Of a stretch of DNA of 64,000 nucleotides, positions 1 through 13,144 are shown piece by piece. The position numbers and the translations under genes were made by a program. The stretch's first letter is position 1. Each line of letters starts with the position of its first letter. Below the pieces are notes generated by a model. That model saw nothing but the letters and a program-made list of their open reading frames with translations. It was not told where the DNA came from and did no database searches. Source of the DNA: Octopus vulgaris (lineage: Eukaryota); the NCBI GenBank assembly GCA_951406725.2, contig OX597842.1, forward strand, positions 15,500,001-15,564,000, written 5' to 3'.

Positions 1-42
1 TAAAGGCTATATGTATGTATTTATGTATGTATGCATATGTGC

Positions 43-90
<48 letters not shown>

Positions 91-1344
91 GGTATGTGTG
101 TACACACACTCACGCAGATACATACAGAATTATCACAGCTGCAATACTGGATGTCATCGCCCTGATGATGTAATCTTAATTTAACACTTGAAGGGCAATA
201 ACTCTTGTAGAATAAGATATGTTACTTCCCTTAATGTTGTTAATTAAATTCTTTCGTTGAGGTTCAATATTGAATTGAAATCTGTTTCAGTCAAATTTTC
301 TTTCCGTTCTCCATTGGACAATAAAATGAAGTAGCAAAGGTCGCTTCTTGCGTGTGTATGTTCGAGTGTAACTCAAACCATTGATTCGCTTCCGCTTCTC
401 TGACGCAGATAACCGTCTCTTTCATGGGCCACAATATAAATATCCCGCCAATTTAGGCGAGTGCGTCCGTGTTTCAGTGGAATTGCTCAAACGGTGATCC
501 GAAATCGGTCTGCTTACCGTCGCCGTCCGATCATGCGAAAAAACAAAAACAATCAGTCAGGCGGGCGTCCGTTAAATCGATGAGGTGAAAACCATCGTTA
601 GTTTACGATTAGTGATTCTCTTCGGAGAAACTTGCTTAAGAGAACAGTTACCACACTGCGGTGTGTTGTGTCTATTCTTGCGAAAGACATTATCCAGTAT
701 CCGAGGCGTGGTATAGCTCGGTGTAAAGAGGTTAGCATTATCCAACGACATCGGCGACTCGAATCACTCGGGAAATCATCAAAACTGAATGATGCCGGAA
801 AAGATGGCTCTACCCACCAGAACATGCATCCTCAACGTCAAGATATCAGTGTATTTGTCTAAGTCTCCCTCGGAGTCGAACCCAAGCTGGAGCCTCATCA
901 ACGCCCTTCTCTGGTTGCTGGCTCTGTTCAGTGTGTCCGTCTGATTATTTTGTCGTCGTCTTGTTTCTCGACGTCGCTCGATGGAAATAGAAAACTGCGT
1001 GTCACGGGGCAATAACAGGAACACAGAGAGAGGAATGATGCTGGCTATCAGGCAGGCATTGGAGAGAGAGCGAAAGAGTGAAAGAAAGAGAGAGAGTGGG
1101 AGTGAGGGAGAACGAGTACGAGAGAGAGTGGGGGAAAGAGAGAAGGGAAGAGAGAGGGAGACAGTTAGGGACAGAGAGAGAAAGAGGAGAAAGAAAGAGA
1201 GAAAGACAGAGAGAGAGACAAAGAGAGAGAGAGAATGAGTAAGAGAGAGAGAGGGAGAAAGGGTGAGGGGGGGAGACATTAAGGAACAGAGAGAGAAAGG
1301 GAGAGAGAGAGATAGATAGGGACAGAAAGAGAAAGGGGCAGGTA

Positions 1345-2010
1345 TTAGTTCTTCCGTCGTTGTCGACGATGGCCAAACACATTACATGGGAGAAGGAGAT
1401 GGGTAAAGGTGTGTCCGGCAGTGGTCGTCCAGTCCGATACGTGCTGGGGAGTCTTCGCCACAGGTCGGGCAATGGTTGTCTGCTGGGTCTGAAGGCAAGA
1501 AGCCGACTCTGGACCCGCATAATTGCCCTTGTAATCCTTTTCTAGGGTGCAAGGTGTATCTGGGTTAATTAGTACCTCTATCAAGGGCATATGCAGTGAC
1601 CTTTGGAGTAGTCCGTCAGCTTTCGTCCTCTTGTGACACCCACCTCTCATCTGTGGTTCATCAATGCTGTCTGCATGCAATAGTATCCACATCCAGGCTC
1701 ACGGCTTCAACAGGCTGGCTAAACCATGGTAAGGGTAGCAAACGGCCTTTAACCATTAGTAGGCTAGGGCTTGTCTACCTAAGGATGTGAACCGGTTGAG
1801 TGTACTGAGGAAACCACTAGACAGGCTCAACGGACCAGCAAGCTTTGTGGACAGTGAACTGCAACCTGTCTGTAGTTTTCTTGTCTTCATCCTTCCACTG
1901 GAATCACAGAGGAAGGGACGAGAGAGTTAGCCAGATGCTATTGTGCAACCTTCCCTCACTTTAATCCATGTCACGCTCAATTCAAGATATCACACCATCC
2001 CAGGGTCAGG
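1345..2010 (-). mobile_element. Internally deleted (bipartite) RTE-clade LINE: putative 5'UTR joined to the 3' end
   Basis: The minus strand at ~1400-1480 reads HCPTCGEDSPARIGLDDHCRTH, matching the RTE/BovB C-terminal motif CPxCGRxFxARIGLxSHxRTH. It is followed by an RTE-like 3' end (GGCCATCGTCGACAACGACGGAAGAAC). The 1520-2010 part is non-coding; its 5'UTR assignment is inference. Confidence 0.65.
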
Positions 2011-2017
2011 TACAATA

Positions 2018-2249
2018 TTGGGTTGGGGCATAATTATTGCGGCTTCTTTTCAACAAATATTATTCAACAAGGACAATAAAAATATTTATCAGAAACATCT
2101 TTACATGACGGTCTGACCGTCTGTCAAGCGAATGGGAAGCAGTTATTGATGCTCCGGAATAATCATTTAAAGATGTTTTTGTTACACGTTATTGATTTTG
2201 TTGAATAAAATTTGTTGAAAAAAGCCACAACAATTATGCACCACCCCAA
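2018..2249. mobile_element. Tc1/mariner-type MITE
   Basis: Imperfect ~50 bp terminal inverted repeats (TTGGGTTGGGGCATAATTATTGCGG ... CAATTATGCACCACCCCAA), flanked by TA on both sides. The internal RLSSEWEAVIDA resembles a mariner transposase C-terminus. Only the left part remains in copy B (~22229-22310). Confidence 0.8.
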
Positions 2250-2994
2250 TATATGGACACACAAACACACACACACACACAAACACACACACATATATAC
2301 ACATACACAGGTCGGCCGACAATGGCAAGGAGACGGATGGAACAACGGTTCGCCTATTGATGAGAGAAACGGATGTGAGGACATCTGGATGGAACGCTGC
2401 TTCACAGGGCATCGTGCAGTGTGTGGAGGGAGAGAAAGGGACAGAGCGACGGCGAATGATGCCTATTATTAAAAAGAGTGAGAATAATATAAAATAGTGT
2501 TTATAACACATTATCGATAAATATCGAACATTGATCAATGGAATTAGTACAGATTGCGACTCCAAGTCACTGATTCGTTTTTTATTTCGCTTTTTCACAT
2601 TTCCAATTCTTGCCTTTTCCTTTCGCTCTGCCTGCAATCATCACACAGTTTGCATGGTCACTGTAGTGAAGGCAAGTGACTTAGAGGTTAGGGGTTATTC
2701 GGCTTAGATCCCATGTTATTTAAGACAGCTTTGTTTTGCAACTACATGGTTTCTGGTTCCATCCAACTACACAGCACCCGTTTTTTTTCTTGTTCTTGGG
2801 CGGTATGTTTAATCTGTCATTCAGCTCAATAGCACCAACTGGAATTTAGGATGGGTGCCTTTAGCTAGATCCACCCAGTTGCAAGCATTTGAGTTAGGAC
2901 TTTGAGGATAACTTCCTCCTACTCAGTCACACATGTTTTGAAAAGAGTCATGGATACTAATGGACACTACCTTTTCTCCTTTTCTTTAGCCATG

Positions 2995-3057
<63 letters not shown>

Positions 3058-3264
3058 TAGAAATAATAGAAAAACAACAGCTAAACACTCAATTCTTTCT
3101 CCCATGTTAAAATAAGTGTGTTTACATAACTATAATGACTGAAAAAGTAAAGCGTAGAGAACTCTATAATCTTTTGGTGATTTAATTTGTGAAGCAGTTT
3201 CAATTCCGATATAATTAAACGACCTACTTAATCAGAACCAAATGGTGCTTTCTTCATCTACTTA

Positions 3265-3412
3265 CGTTCTGAGTTTAAAATCCTCCGAAATCGACTTTGC
3301 TTTTAATCCTTTCGGAGTCGATAAATTAAGCACCAGTTACATACTGGGGTCCATCTAATCGACAGGTCCCCTTCCCAAAAATTTCAGGCCTTGAGCCTAG
3401 AGTAGAAAAGGA
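3265..3412 (+). mobile_element. SINE fragment
   Basis: Contains TCGACTTTGCTTTTAATCCTTTCGGAGTCGATAAATTAAGCACCAG, a central motif I recall from mollusc SINEs. A related reverse copy appears to lie at ~63690-63800. Confidence 0.55.
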
Positions 3413-3794
3413 TATATAATATATGCTGAGGTGGGAGAGAGAGGATTTTCAAAGTATCCTTAATTATTCTATGAGTGACAACACAAAACTTTTATATACT
3501 TGGCTGTTATTTCTAGCGTCACGTAGGACCACCAATTGGATAATATTCCTCCGGATGCTTCTTACAGTCTCCTTCAATCTTTCATGACAAACAATGCAGA
3601 ATATAGTGTACTGAACTGTTATTTCTAGTATATTACCCGACCGCCTGTAGGACAATATATTTGATGGACGCTTTGTCAAGTGTCCTGCTTTTATAAAAAA
3701 AACATTAGGAATTTCAAGGTGTTTGGTTGCTGTTTCACGAATGATGCGAGACAATAGAGAGGTGAGATTCTTTTATAAAAGTCGGAATGGTTTT

Positions 3795-4506
3795 GGGAGG
3801 GAAACAATGAGATTGAGGGAAAGAAAGAGAGTGAGAGAGTGAGTAAAAAGAAGGAAAGAATGAAAGAAAGTGAGAGAGAGAGAGAGAAAGAGAAAGGAAG
3901 AATGAAAAGAGAGAAAAAGAAGGAATGAAAGAAAAGAGTAGGAAAGGAATAAAGTAACATGATTCTGTAATAATGCATGAAATGAGAGCGGAAGAAAGAA
4001 AGAAAGAGAGAAAGGAAGGAAGGAAGGAAGAAATAAATAAATAAAGAAAGAAAGAAAAAAGGAAAGAAAGAAGGAAAGAAAGAAAGCGAAGTGATTCCGT
4101 AATAAACAAAGCCATGAGAGTAGGGGGAGAGAAAGAAAGGAAGAAAGAAAGGAAGAATGAAAGAAAGAAAGGGAGAAAGAAAGGGAGAAAAAAGGAAAAA
4201 GAAAGAAGGAATGAAAAAAGAAAATAAAGAAAGACAGAAAGGGAAAAGAAAGAAAGATGGAAAAAAAGAAGGAAAGAAAGAGAGAAAGAGAGCAGGGCGA
4301 GAGGGAGAGAGAGAAAAAGGAGAAAAGGAAAAGAAACGAAACAACGACAAAAAAGGAATGAAGAAAAATGAAAGAAGCAAAGGAGAAGGAAAGATAAGAG
4401 CGAGGAAAGAAAAGAGAATGAAGGGAAAGAAGAAGGAAATGGAAAACTGAAAGAAATAACGAAAATGAAAGAAAGAAACAAAGAAAGAATGAGAGAAACA
4501 AACGAA

Positions 4507-4544
<38 letters not shown>

Positions 4545-5580
4545 CAGACAGGCAGGAAAGAAAGAAAGAAAGACAGAAAGAAAGAAGGAAGGGAAAAGGA
4601 AAGAAAGAATGAAAGCAGGAAAGAAAGAAAGAAAGAAAGACAAAGAAAGAAAGAAGGGAAAAGGAAAGAAAGAATGAAAGCAGGAAAGAAAGAAAAAAGA
4701 AAAAAAGAGGAAAGAAAGAAAGAAAGAAAGAAAAAAGAAAGAAAAAAGAGAGAAAAAAGAAAGGAAAGGGAAACAAAAAGAAAGAAAGAATGAGAGAGAT
4801 AGAGAGGAAGGCGACGTAATTCTGTAAAAATGAGGAGAAGAAAGAGGGAGAGGGAGGGAGAGAGGGAGAGGAAGGAGGAGGGATTAGAGAAATCAATGTT
4901 AAGAAGAGAGGAGGAGTATGAGATGAGAGACAAAGAGTAAAAAGGCGGAGCATCAATATATAATAAAGTAATAGAGAGAGGGAGAGGGAGAGAGGGAGAA
5001 AGAGAGAGACAGACAAACAGAGACACGGAGACAGAGAGAGACATAAGAAGCGAGAGGGATAAAGAGAGAGACTGAAATAGAGAAATGGAGAGAGCAAAGA
5101 GAGAGAAAGACAGATATAGAGAAAGAGAGGGAGATGGAAAGGGAGGAGAAAGGGAGGGAAAGAATGAGGTAAGAGAGTGAGAGAATATTATATAAGGAGG
5201 TGGAGGGAGAGAGAGAATGATACATAGGTTTAGAAAGAGAGGGAGAGTGTGACGTGGGGCGGAGCGCAAAAGAGGTAGAGGGATAGTATGAGATATGAGG
5301 TGGTAAAAAAGGAGGGAGAGACACAAAAAGTGAGGGAGGGGGAAGGAAGCAGAGATGATGTATGAGATATATACTTTGTGAGGGAGGGAGAGTAAGAGTT
5401 GAGAGAAAACGAGGGATGAGGGAGGCGGGGTTAAACAATAACATAAATAAGTGACAGAGAGAGGAGTAGAGAAGGAGAGGGAATGATGTGTGTGATAAGA
5501 GAGGGAGTCTATCATGTATTAGAGAAAGGAAGAGGGGAAGGATGAGGTATTATTACAGAATGAGGAAGGAGAGAGAAGAG
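3795..5580 (+). repeat. Long polypurine (GAAA/GA-rich) low-complexity tract
   Basis: About 1.8 kb almost entirely A/G on the + strand. The paralogue is at ~22575-24630. It generates the long spurious F/L/S and K/E/R ORFs. Confidence 0.95.
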
Positions 5581-8049
5581 TTTCGAAGTGTCCTTCATTT
5601 TTATATGAAACACAAAACCAAACTTTAGCAGACATGGCTGTTATTTCTAGCATCACATTTGATCCCCAATTGGACTATATTTCCTTAGAAGCTCCTTAAA
5701 GTGACCTTCATAAAAACGATGTAAAGTATAGTGTAATGGACTGTTATTTCTAGCATGATGTCAAACCAAGTGTAGGACAATTCTTTGAATAAATGCTTCT
5801 TAAATTGTCCCTCAATGCCTCGACCATTTAATTTCCTCAATTAAGAACTACAGAGTAATTATGTAATTAATCGTTAGTTAAATAATTAGCTTCTGGTAAA
5901 ATAATTAGCGAGAGAGAAATTTTAAGGTAAATCTGAAAATATAATTTATTTGTAAGAAAGTAAGAAAAATGGCTGACGGTTAGTAAGGAGAGACACAAGT
6001 AAGTGAGAAGAAAACAAAGGACCACTGATGCGGTCACAGGAGTGTGATGAAAGAACTTTGGCCGAAATAAGATTAAGATTAATGTAAAAAATAAATATCA
6101 CTGAAGCAAAAATAACACCAAATATATAGTGCGTGTGTTTTTATTGGCTCAACTGGCAATATGACCATTCCGAAATATAACAATATATGTTTCAACACAC
6201 GACTTCACATAAAAAATCTTGCACAACAAATATTTAATTGTACTAAAGTAAGGTTTCTTAGGAATAAAAGGAGAGGAAGAGGGAGAGGGTAAGATATAAG
6301 GAGGAGGGGGAGATAAAGAGAGAAAGAAAGGAAGAAAGAGTGAGAGAGAGAGAGAGAGAAAGGAAGAGAGAGAGAGAGATAGGGAAATCTAGGGAAGAGG
6401 AGGGATATGTTAATGTATGAAATGGCAGAGAAAGAAAGAGAAAGAATGTGTGAGAGAGAGAGAGAGAGTGGGGGGGATTGATATATACGTTTAGGAAGTG
6501 AGGGAGAGGATGAGGTGAACGATATAGCAAGGGAGGCGGGGGGTGGTTAAAATGAATATATAATGAGGTTCTGAGAGAAAGGAGACAAAGAGGGAGAAGT
6601 GGGAGGATATGTTTTGTAGGGTAGGGAGAAAGAGTATGAAAATGCATTATGGGTTTAGTGAGGTGCAGACAGAGGGAATTAAGACTACAAGCAAGGGAGG
6701 GGGAAGCATTGGGTAATATATGAGGAGGTGGGAGTCGGAGGCGAAAAGAAAGTGACAGACGAAGAGGGAGAGCCCGGTTATTGGACGATATATATTTAGT
6801 AATAGGGGAAGGGTATGAGTTAATAAACAAAGCAAAATGGGCGGAGTCATTCGACACTTTACAACGTGGTGGGCGGTGTCAAAACGTAAGAACAATAACT
6901 CTTATTGAATCCCTTTTCGCTTTAAATTGTATTTTTTCTTGCGCAGAATTTGAAGATTTCCAAAAATGATTTAATGTAAATAATAGATCGAAGTGTTTAT
7001 AACGCAATATCAATAAATATCGAACACTTTTCTATATCACTGATTCGTTTTCGTTTCGCTTTTTTTAATATTGCAATTCTTACCCTTTAATTTCCTCCTC
7101 GTAACCTTCACACTGCACCCTGCACCTATTGTCGATGCAGCTGCTAGAAATAGCAGCCAAACATCGCATACTAAATGAAAACTCTTATTTCTTTAATTGC
7201 TTCAAAATTTATTTATTAAGTTGAGGAAAAAGTTCGTTTACTGCGTTTGGTCTTTATTTTGAAGAATATTTGTTAATTTATAATAAAATCTTGCATAAAA
7301 AGATCATTATTTTAACACGACGCACGGACATTTGCCTCAATCTAATAGTTTCTATTTTATAATTGGCATTTGGTCAGAAAACTGCAAAGATTAGGCATTG
7401 ACTCTCCACTACAAAGAGAAGGGAGCAAGAATATGCAATGAAAGTGCAGTTTAGTGCAGCCGTGCACCGCTTGTCGTCGTATTTTAAGCTGCAAAATTGT
7501 GAAAGTAAACTTCGAGAAGGAAAGGGATTAGACCGGAAGTGATGAAAATAGAACAGGAAACAAGTAAATGCCATCTAACGGAGAACAATTCAGCTCATAG
7601 TGACGACGCCTCTACAACCGAAACATCTCGACACACTGCTTTTACTCATCGCAGGCCGGTCTCATGGATGTGTGACGGAGCTGTGGCGGGGAAAGAGCTA
7701 CGAGAACGAAAATCGACGGAAGTTGACGCATCTCGACGGTTATGAAGGAGTTCAGTGTGAAGATATTAAATGCCTTTCGGTATTGCTTCAGATGTTTGAC
7801 ACCCGAATTTCCTGCCTCAGAGCTTCCAGAAGATGGAGATTTTGAATTATATTTTCTAAAACTGAGCTTCTGATGCTGTCAATTGCGATTATATCGGAAT
7901 ATTTGATGAAAACATTTTTCCTACTTCGATGTGAGGAGTTTGGAAAATTCACACAAGGCGTCTGGCTTTTTTCACAACTTTCAGAAAATTAGTAAATTTT
8001 TAATGGAATTTTCTATTAATGCCTTTCAGAGTGAGTCGATTACAATTAT

Positions 8050-8342
8050 AAAATTATAATAATAATAATAATAATAATAATGAAATTATTGTATACAGTG
8101 CTCAGGTGCAACACAACTTGTCCGAAAGTGCGTATAAGGTGTATGCAGTAATGTACAAATGTCTGGAAAGCGAACAATGTATGAGTCAGATACATGCTTT
8201 GTGTGTGTGAGGGGAGGAAATCAGGTGCAGTGTTGGCGAATCTAAAAAAAACAAGGAAGTTTTGAAGGATGCAGTGCTCCGACAACTAACAACTGGTCCC
8301 GGCAGTTTGTTCCATGCTTCAGCAACTCTCAGCGTGAAAAAG
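8050..8342 (-). mobile_element. CR1-clade LINE 3' fragment
   Basis: The minus strand encodes FFTLRVAEAWNKLPGPVVSCRSTASFKTSL, the CR1 ORF2 C-terminal motif. A 3'UTR and (ATT)n tail follow at ~8055-8081. The paralogue is at ~26972-27265. Confidence 0.85.
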
Positions 8343-8459
8343 TATATCGGAAATGAATATGAGAATATTAATTTGATGGATTACTACACATACGTAGTAC
8401 AACAGGTCACATATCGACAAAAGGAAACTTGAAATTTCGAAGAAAATTGTGATGTGCGT

Positions 8460-8512
<53 letters not shown>

Positions 8513-9549
8513 TGTCTGTGTATGTGTGTGTGTGTGTGTGGGTGTGTGTGTGCTCATTAGTTTTTTCTTTCCACATAAAATTCCAGTATAATCTCATTTT
8601 ACACACACTGTAAAATATTTGTAGAAAATTACATTAGAAAATAACCCATTTTTGTTAAGGTTTTGAGCAAACACAGACAATTCGTGTGAATTTTACGAAA
8701 CTCATCTTTCTGCCCACAGACAAATTTGTTTCGCTACTAATTCCGATATAATCAGAATGATCACCATCTGAAGCGTATTTACAGAAAATTTAATTAAATA
8801 CTGTCCGTTTGGCGGGGAGTTATAAGGAAACAAATTCGGTTCGTCGCACACATCTGTGAGAAAGACTGCCTTCCCAATACGGGTCTTCTGCTGGAAATCG
8901 CTGTTCCAGTCGGAAAGCTTCTCGGCTCTCCTCTCCTGCATCTGTGCGTGTCGGTGGGACATTACCGTCAAATCCAAGCACCATCTGAGTCGTCTCTTTT
9001 CCTCACTAATATTTCTCACTTTCTTTCACACACTCTCTCTCTCTCTCTTTCTCTCTCGTTGTCTCTGAGTGTTATGTTGCAGCCCTACCCAACCATCAAA
9101 ATCATCCTCACCAGACCTAAGAGCGTCATTGACAAAGAAAGTACCTGTCCATCTGCAGCTGATATGAACCCTAAGCCTCGACTCCTTGAAGAATCAACGG
9201 CTTAAAATGTGTAAGAAGCCGGTTCCCTTTGTTAACAGAATGTAGGTCGACGGAAGAGATATCTGGTCGTCGGTGGAAGATTGAGACAGATGCACAGGTA
9301 TCTCGACGAAATTCAGCTGCGGGGAAGTGGCTTCTGTCTTTACAATCAACCACGTGTTTCATTATTCTTGAATATTTTATTTAAATAAGAACTTTCAGTG
9401 TTCTTCCCTTTTGTACAGACATATTACGTTTATTAAGTTGTCCAAAAATGTCTGACAAATAGAATAATTTGTATAACGAATCTTCATTGTGAAACAAATC
9501 TGAATTTAATCCCAGTAGGAATATTATGTCTTCATTTTCTTAAAGTTCT

Positions 9550-10480
9550 ATCAATTGTTTCAAAGCTTCTCCATTTCAGATTCATCACACTTCTGTTCTT
9601 CATAAACTTTGCCGAAATTGGATGCCATTTCCTCACAGAAGAGGAAACTATTGAGAACAAGAATTCTAATAACGTTAATAATTTTAACCGCTTCTTGTAA
9701 TATTGCAAAAGTATCTGGAAATATTTTCTGAGAAACAAACACCTCTCAGTGAAGATTGCAATAAGTGACAGAAATAGGGTTTTTATCTTACAAATTTAAC
9801 TTGAACCCCAATTTCCCTCCTTATCATAGCTTCTGCATCTTTATTACATACTACATTACATTTATACCATCCAAGGCCTAGTTCTGAGAAACTATCGTCT
9901 ACTTTTAGCTACAAAGTCTCCATCTAACGAACCAATCTTCCTGGCCCCTATTCTATATTACTATAGTTTGTAATTTTACTTGCTTCATCTAATTGAATTG
10001 CATGTTTAGAGACGTTGTTTAAAAACCTTCGCATAATTTACTCCAATTAATCATTATTAATTTCTGAAATACAAATACCAACATTATCATTTCGCAGACG
10101 AACTTTGTTTCATCTGCATGTTATTTCAGTGAATAATTCCTGATGTTTTCATTGCTGCTGCTAATACAAGTTCTTCGCCGATGTTGTTTGGGGTTTCTTT
10201 TATCTCTTGCAATTAAATAGGCAGCTTCAAATGATGCCCTTAAGTATTTCACTCTGTCTATTGAGTGAATAACTTCCTCAAGAGATTGCTTCTGTGCACT
10301 GATAGCCTTTCAAGACAATTCTATAGTCTTATTATTATAAAGAAATGTCTTGAATGAAAACGTTTTTAATTTTTGTGGGCTTCATATTTTCAGACACCAA
10401 ACAATTCTTACAAATAAACCTGACCGGAATTCTTTCAATATTTGTCCAAAGTATGATACCATATAATTTGTTTCTAAACC
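9550..10480 (-). mobile_element. Degraded hAT (Buster/Charlie, ZBED5/ZBED8-like) transposase relic
   Basis: Broken minus-strand frames give CKNCLVSENMKPTKIK (cf. C..LSNESMKPSKL), PNNIGEELVLAAA (cf. PHTIGEELILPAA) and SQKIFPDTFAILQEAVKIINVIR...LFCEEM (cf. VLQEAVKIINFIK...FCEEMG). The paralogue is at ~28370-29300. Confidence 0.8.
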
Positions 10481-10848
10481 AATAATTTCTAATAATAATT
10501 GCTTAAAATTTAAATAATTTTATGTTAAATTTCAAAATAATCAGGTTTGTTCACTGGTATTACGTAAGAATCCTATAACAATTGGACAATACTTATGAGT
10601 TGCGTTTCACTAAATTTTCAAATTTTTAATTTATGCAATATTTTTTATATGTACAATGGTGAAATTTGACGTTTTGCTGAAAATCTACAATAACTATTGA
10701 GTAACAATGATCATAATGGTAGAATATGAAATAAAGAACATGCAACCATTGCCACATTGGGAAAACCTGCCTTAAATCACTGCAGAACAAATAGAAACAT
10801 CCATAGACACATCGTATATTACATAGAAATACTATTCCTATATGATAC

Positions 10849-11284
10849 ACTAGCAGAGAAAGCCGCCTTTGCTCGGGATTAAAATAGCATTGTTTCGATA
10901 TTATTACCCGATTTCATTCGGGTCTACTCGGGCCACATTTTCAAGATGAGGAATTCCTCCCCTCCAAAAAAAAAAACTTTTATTAAAAGTTGGCAATGTA
11001 AAAAAGCATGCCAAATGCTTAAAGAGACTTTGAGAAGTGATTGAAGAAACCTCGCGGGTGCAGATGTGAAGGGCAAAGAATGACGGGAAAATGCTGGAAA
11101 AATACAAAACACCAGTCTGGTCTCTGCACAAAACTGAAATAGTATAATACGACTGCACTTACAATGGCCATACTCGATAACGAGGAGACAGCCACCATGT
11201 ATGTATGTATGTATGTATGTATGTGTGTATGTATGTATGTATGTATGCATTTATGTATGTGATTATCCAGTTTTATATGTAGAG
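10849..11284 (-). mobile_element. Non-autonomous Helitron-like element with internal (TATG)n
   Basis: The left end ACTAGCAGAGAAAGCCGCCTTTGCTCGGG is the reverse of a degenerate hairpin+CTAG 3' terminus. The right end AGTTTTATATGTAGAG matches the 5' ends at ~45270 and ~46423. The paralogue is at ~29664-30144. Confidence 0.65.
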
Positions 11285-11988
11285 GGTGAACCGGATTCTA
11301 ACCTAGATCCAATGTTCCTTCATTGGAATTTCAACATCACAGGGTACATTTGCATATATGTATAAGAATATTAGCCGTATTTGAAATTAGTACACGTGCA
11401 GATTTGTATATTTGGTTTTGTGTATGCATTCTCATGCATATATTTAAATGATAAATTTCTGGAAACATTTAGATTTTAAGAGATCCAGTGATGACATGGA
11501 TCTGTAGATTTCGAATCAGCTTTTTCCCTTCTAGTTTTGGGAAGCCTAATCTCTCGGGATTAGACAGTGTGTTGCATATCCCAGTGTCCCACTAATTACA
11601 GATTACAAGTTCAAGTCTATACGTTAACTTATAATATATGACGTGTAACTGTAGATTTCTCAAGAGTTCAAGAATTATTTTTATGATCTTTAGATTTATG
11701 TTAACATCCGCTGGTCAGCTCATTTCCACAACTGTACACAGATTGTCTTCCCTGAGTCAAATCTTCTCTGTCACGTCGATTATGGTCACGTTTTATTGGG
11801 GGTTTCACTGGGACATTTCAAAAATACTCCTTCTTATTAGCGGCTATAGCTTCTACTATCTTATGGGTACTCACTATATATGTATGTATGTGTTATGAAT
11901 CTTTGTGTGTGTGTGTGATTTGTTGAGGCACCACATCACAAAAGCAAAATAATGCTTATGTTTTAGAGAGAAAGCTAGACAAAGCGAA

Positions 11989-12020
<32 letters not shown>

Positions 12021-12360
12021 TACTATATGATATTTTGAGAAAGGAAGGGATGTTGTCTGTTCCATTTGACTTAACATTTAGAACATATGTTAACAATGTT
12101 TGGTGTGTTTTGTTCAGTACAATGTATTGAAATTTTAATGAACAATGGGTGACCCAATACTGCAATGTAGTAGTAAGCAATATTATACATACATACATAT
12201 GTGTGTATGTGTGCGTGAGTATGTTTGTGTGTGTACATAGATATATACATATATTACTAAACAATATATATATTGTTTAGTAATAAACAATATATATATA
12301 TATGTCTACATACAGCTCTTTATATATACATACACACACAGACACACAGACACCCAGACA

Positions 12361-12415
<55 letters not shown>

Positions 12416-12876
12416 CTATCTATGCATACATTTCTGTCTGCATTGGAATGTATGTATGTTCATGTATATATATATATATATAAATCAATCTTTTGTTTCC
12501 GTCAGTAGAATCGGCCAAGATGGCGCACCCACTTGAATAATATTTAATTGAATGAATGGTAATATTAAGGGGTCATAAACGCACCTGCGCCGGTTGTTAA
12601 GCACACTAAAACACACAAACACACAAACACATACACACCCGCTTATCCGCACATGTACTGAGATGAGGTATATCTTTCAGTTTCCGGCTATTGAACTCAA
12701 TTAAAAGTCCCAGGTCGGCCGGAGGCTATAGCGGGAGATTCTCGTCCATGTTGCGACGCAGTGGGACTGAACCCAAAACTATGTGTTTGGTAAACAAGCT
12801 TCATACCTGTCTGAGGGTATAAGTGTGTACGTGTGCATATACATAGATATAATATTGATATATATCTCTTTCTTTC

Positions 12877-13099
12877 TCTCTTTTACTTGTTTCAGTCATT
12901 TTGAATGCGGCCATACTGGAGCACCGCCTTTAGTCGAGCAAATCGACCCTGGGACTTATCCTTTGTAAGCCCAGTGCTTATTCTATCGGTGTCTTTTGCC
13001 GAACCGCTAAGTGACGGGGACGTAAACACACCAGCATCGGTTGTCAAGCAATGCTAGGGGGTCAAACACAGACACACAAACACACGCATACACATATAC

Positions 13100-13144
<45 letters not shown>

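Noticed and set aside
3691-5515. Long ORFs (468, 580 and 302 aa; also 22583-24494) rich in F/L/S or K/E/R
   Set aside because: They are translations of polypurine/polypyrimidine tracts that lack stop codons for compositional reasons; several frames are open and there are no domains.
7374-7845. Short ORFs identical in both duplicate copies
   Set aside because: The identity extends through non-coding DNA and a dead CR1, so it does not show coding constraint; no recognisable domain is present.
8702-9362. Minus-strand ORFs with faint resemblance (LGFD; IGKAVF vs VGRAIF) to the 779-980 frame
   Set aside because: The matches are too short, fall in different frames and have different spacing; they cannot be distinguished from chance without a search.
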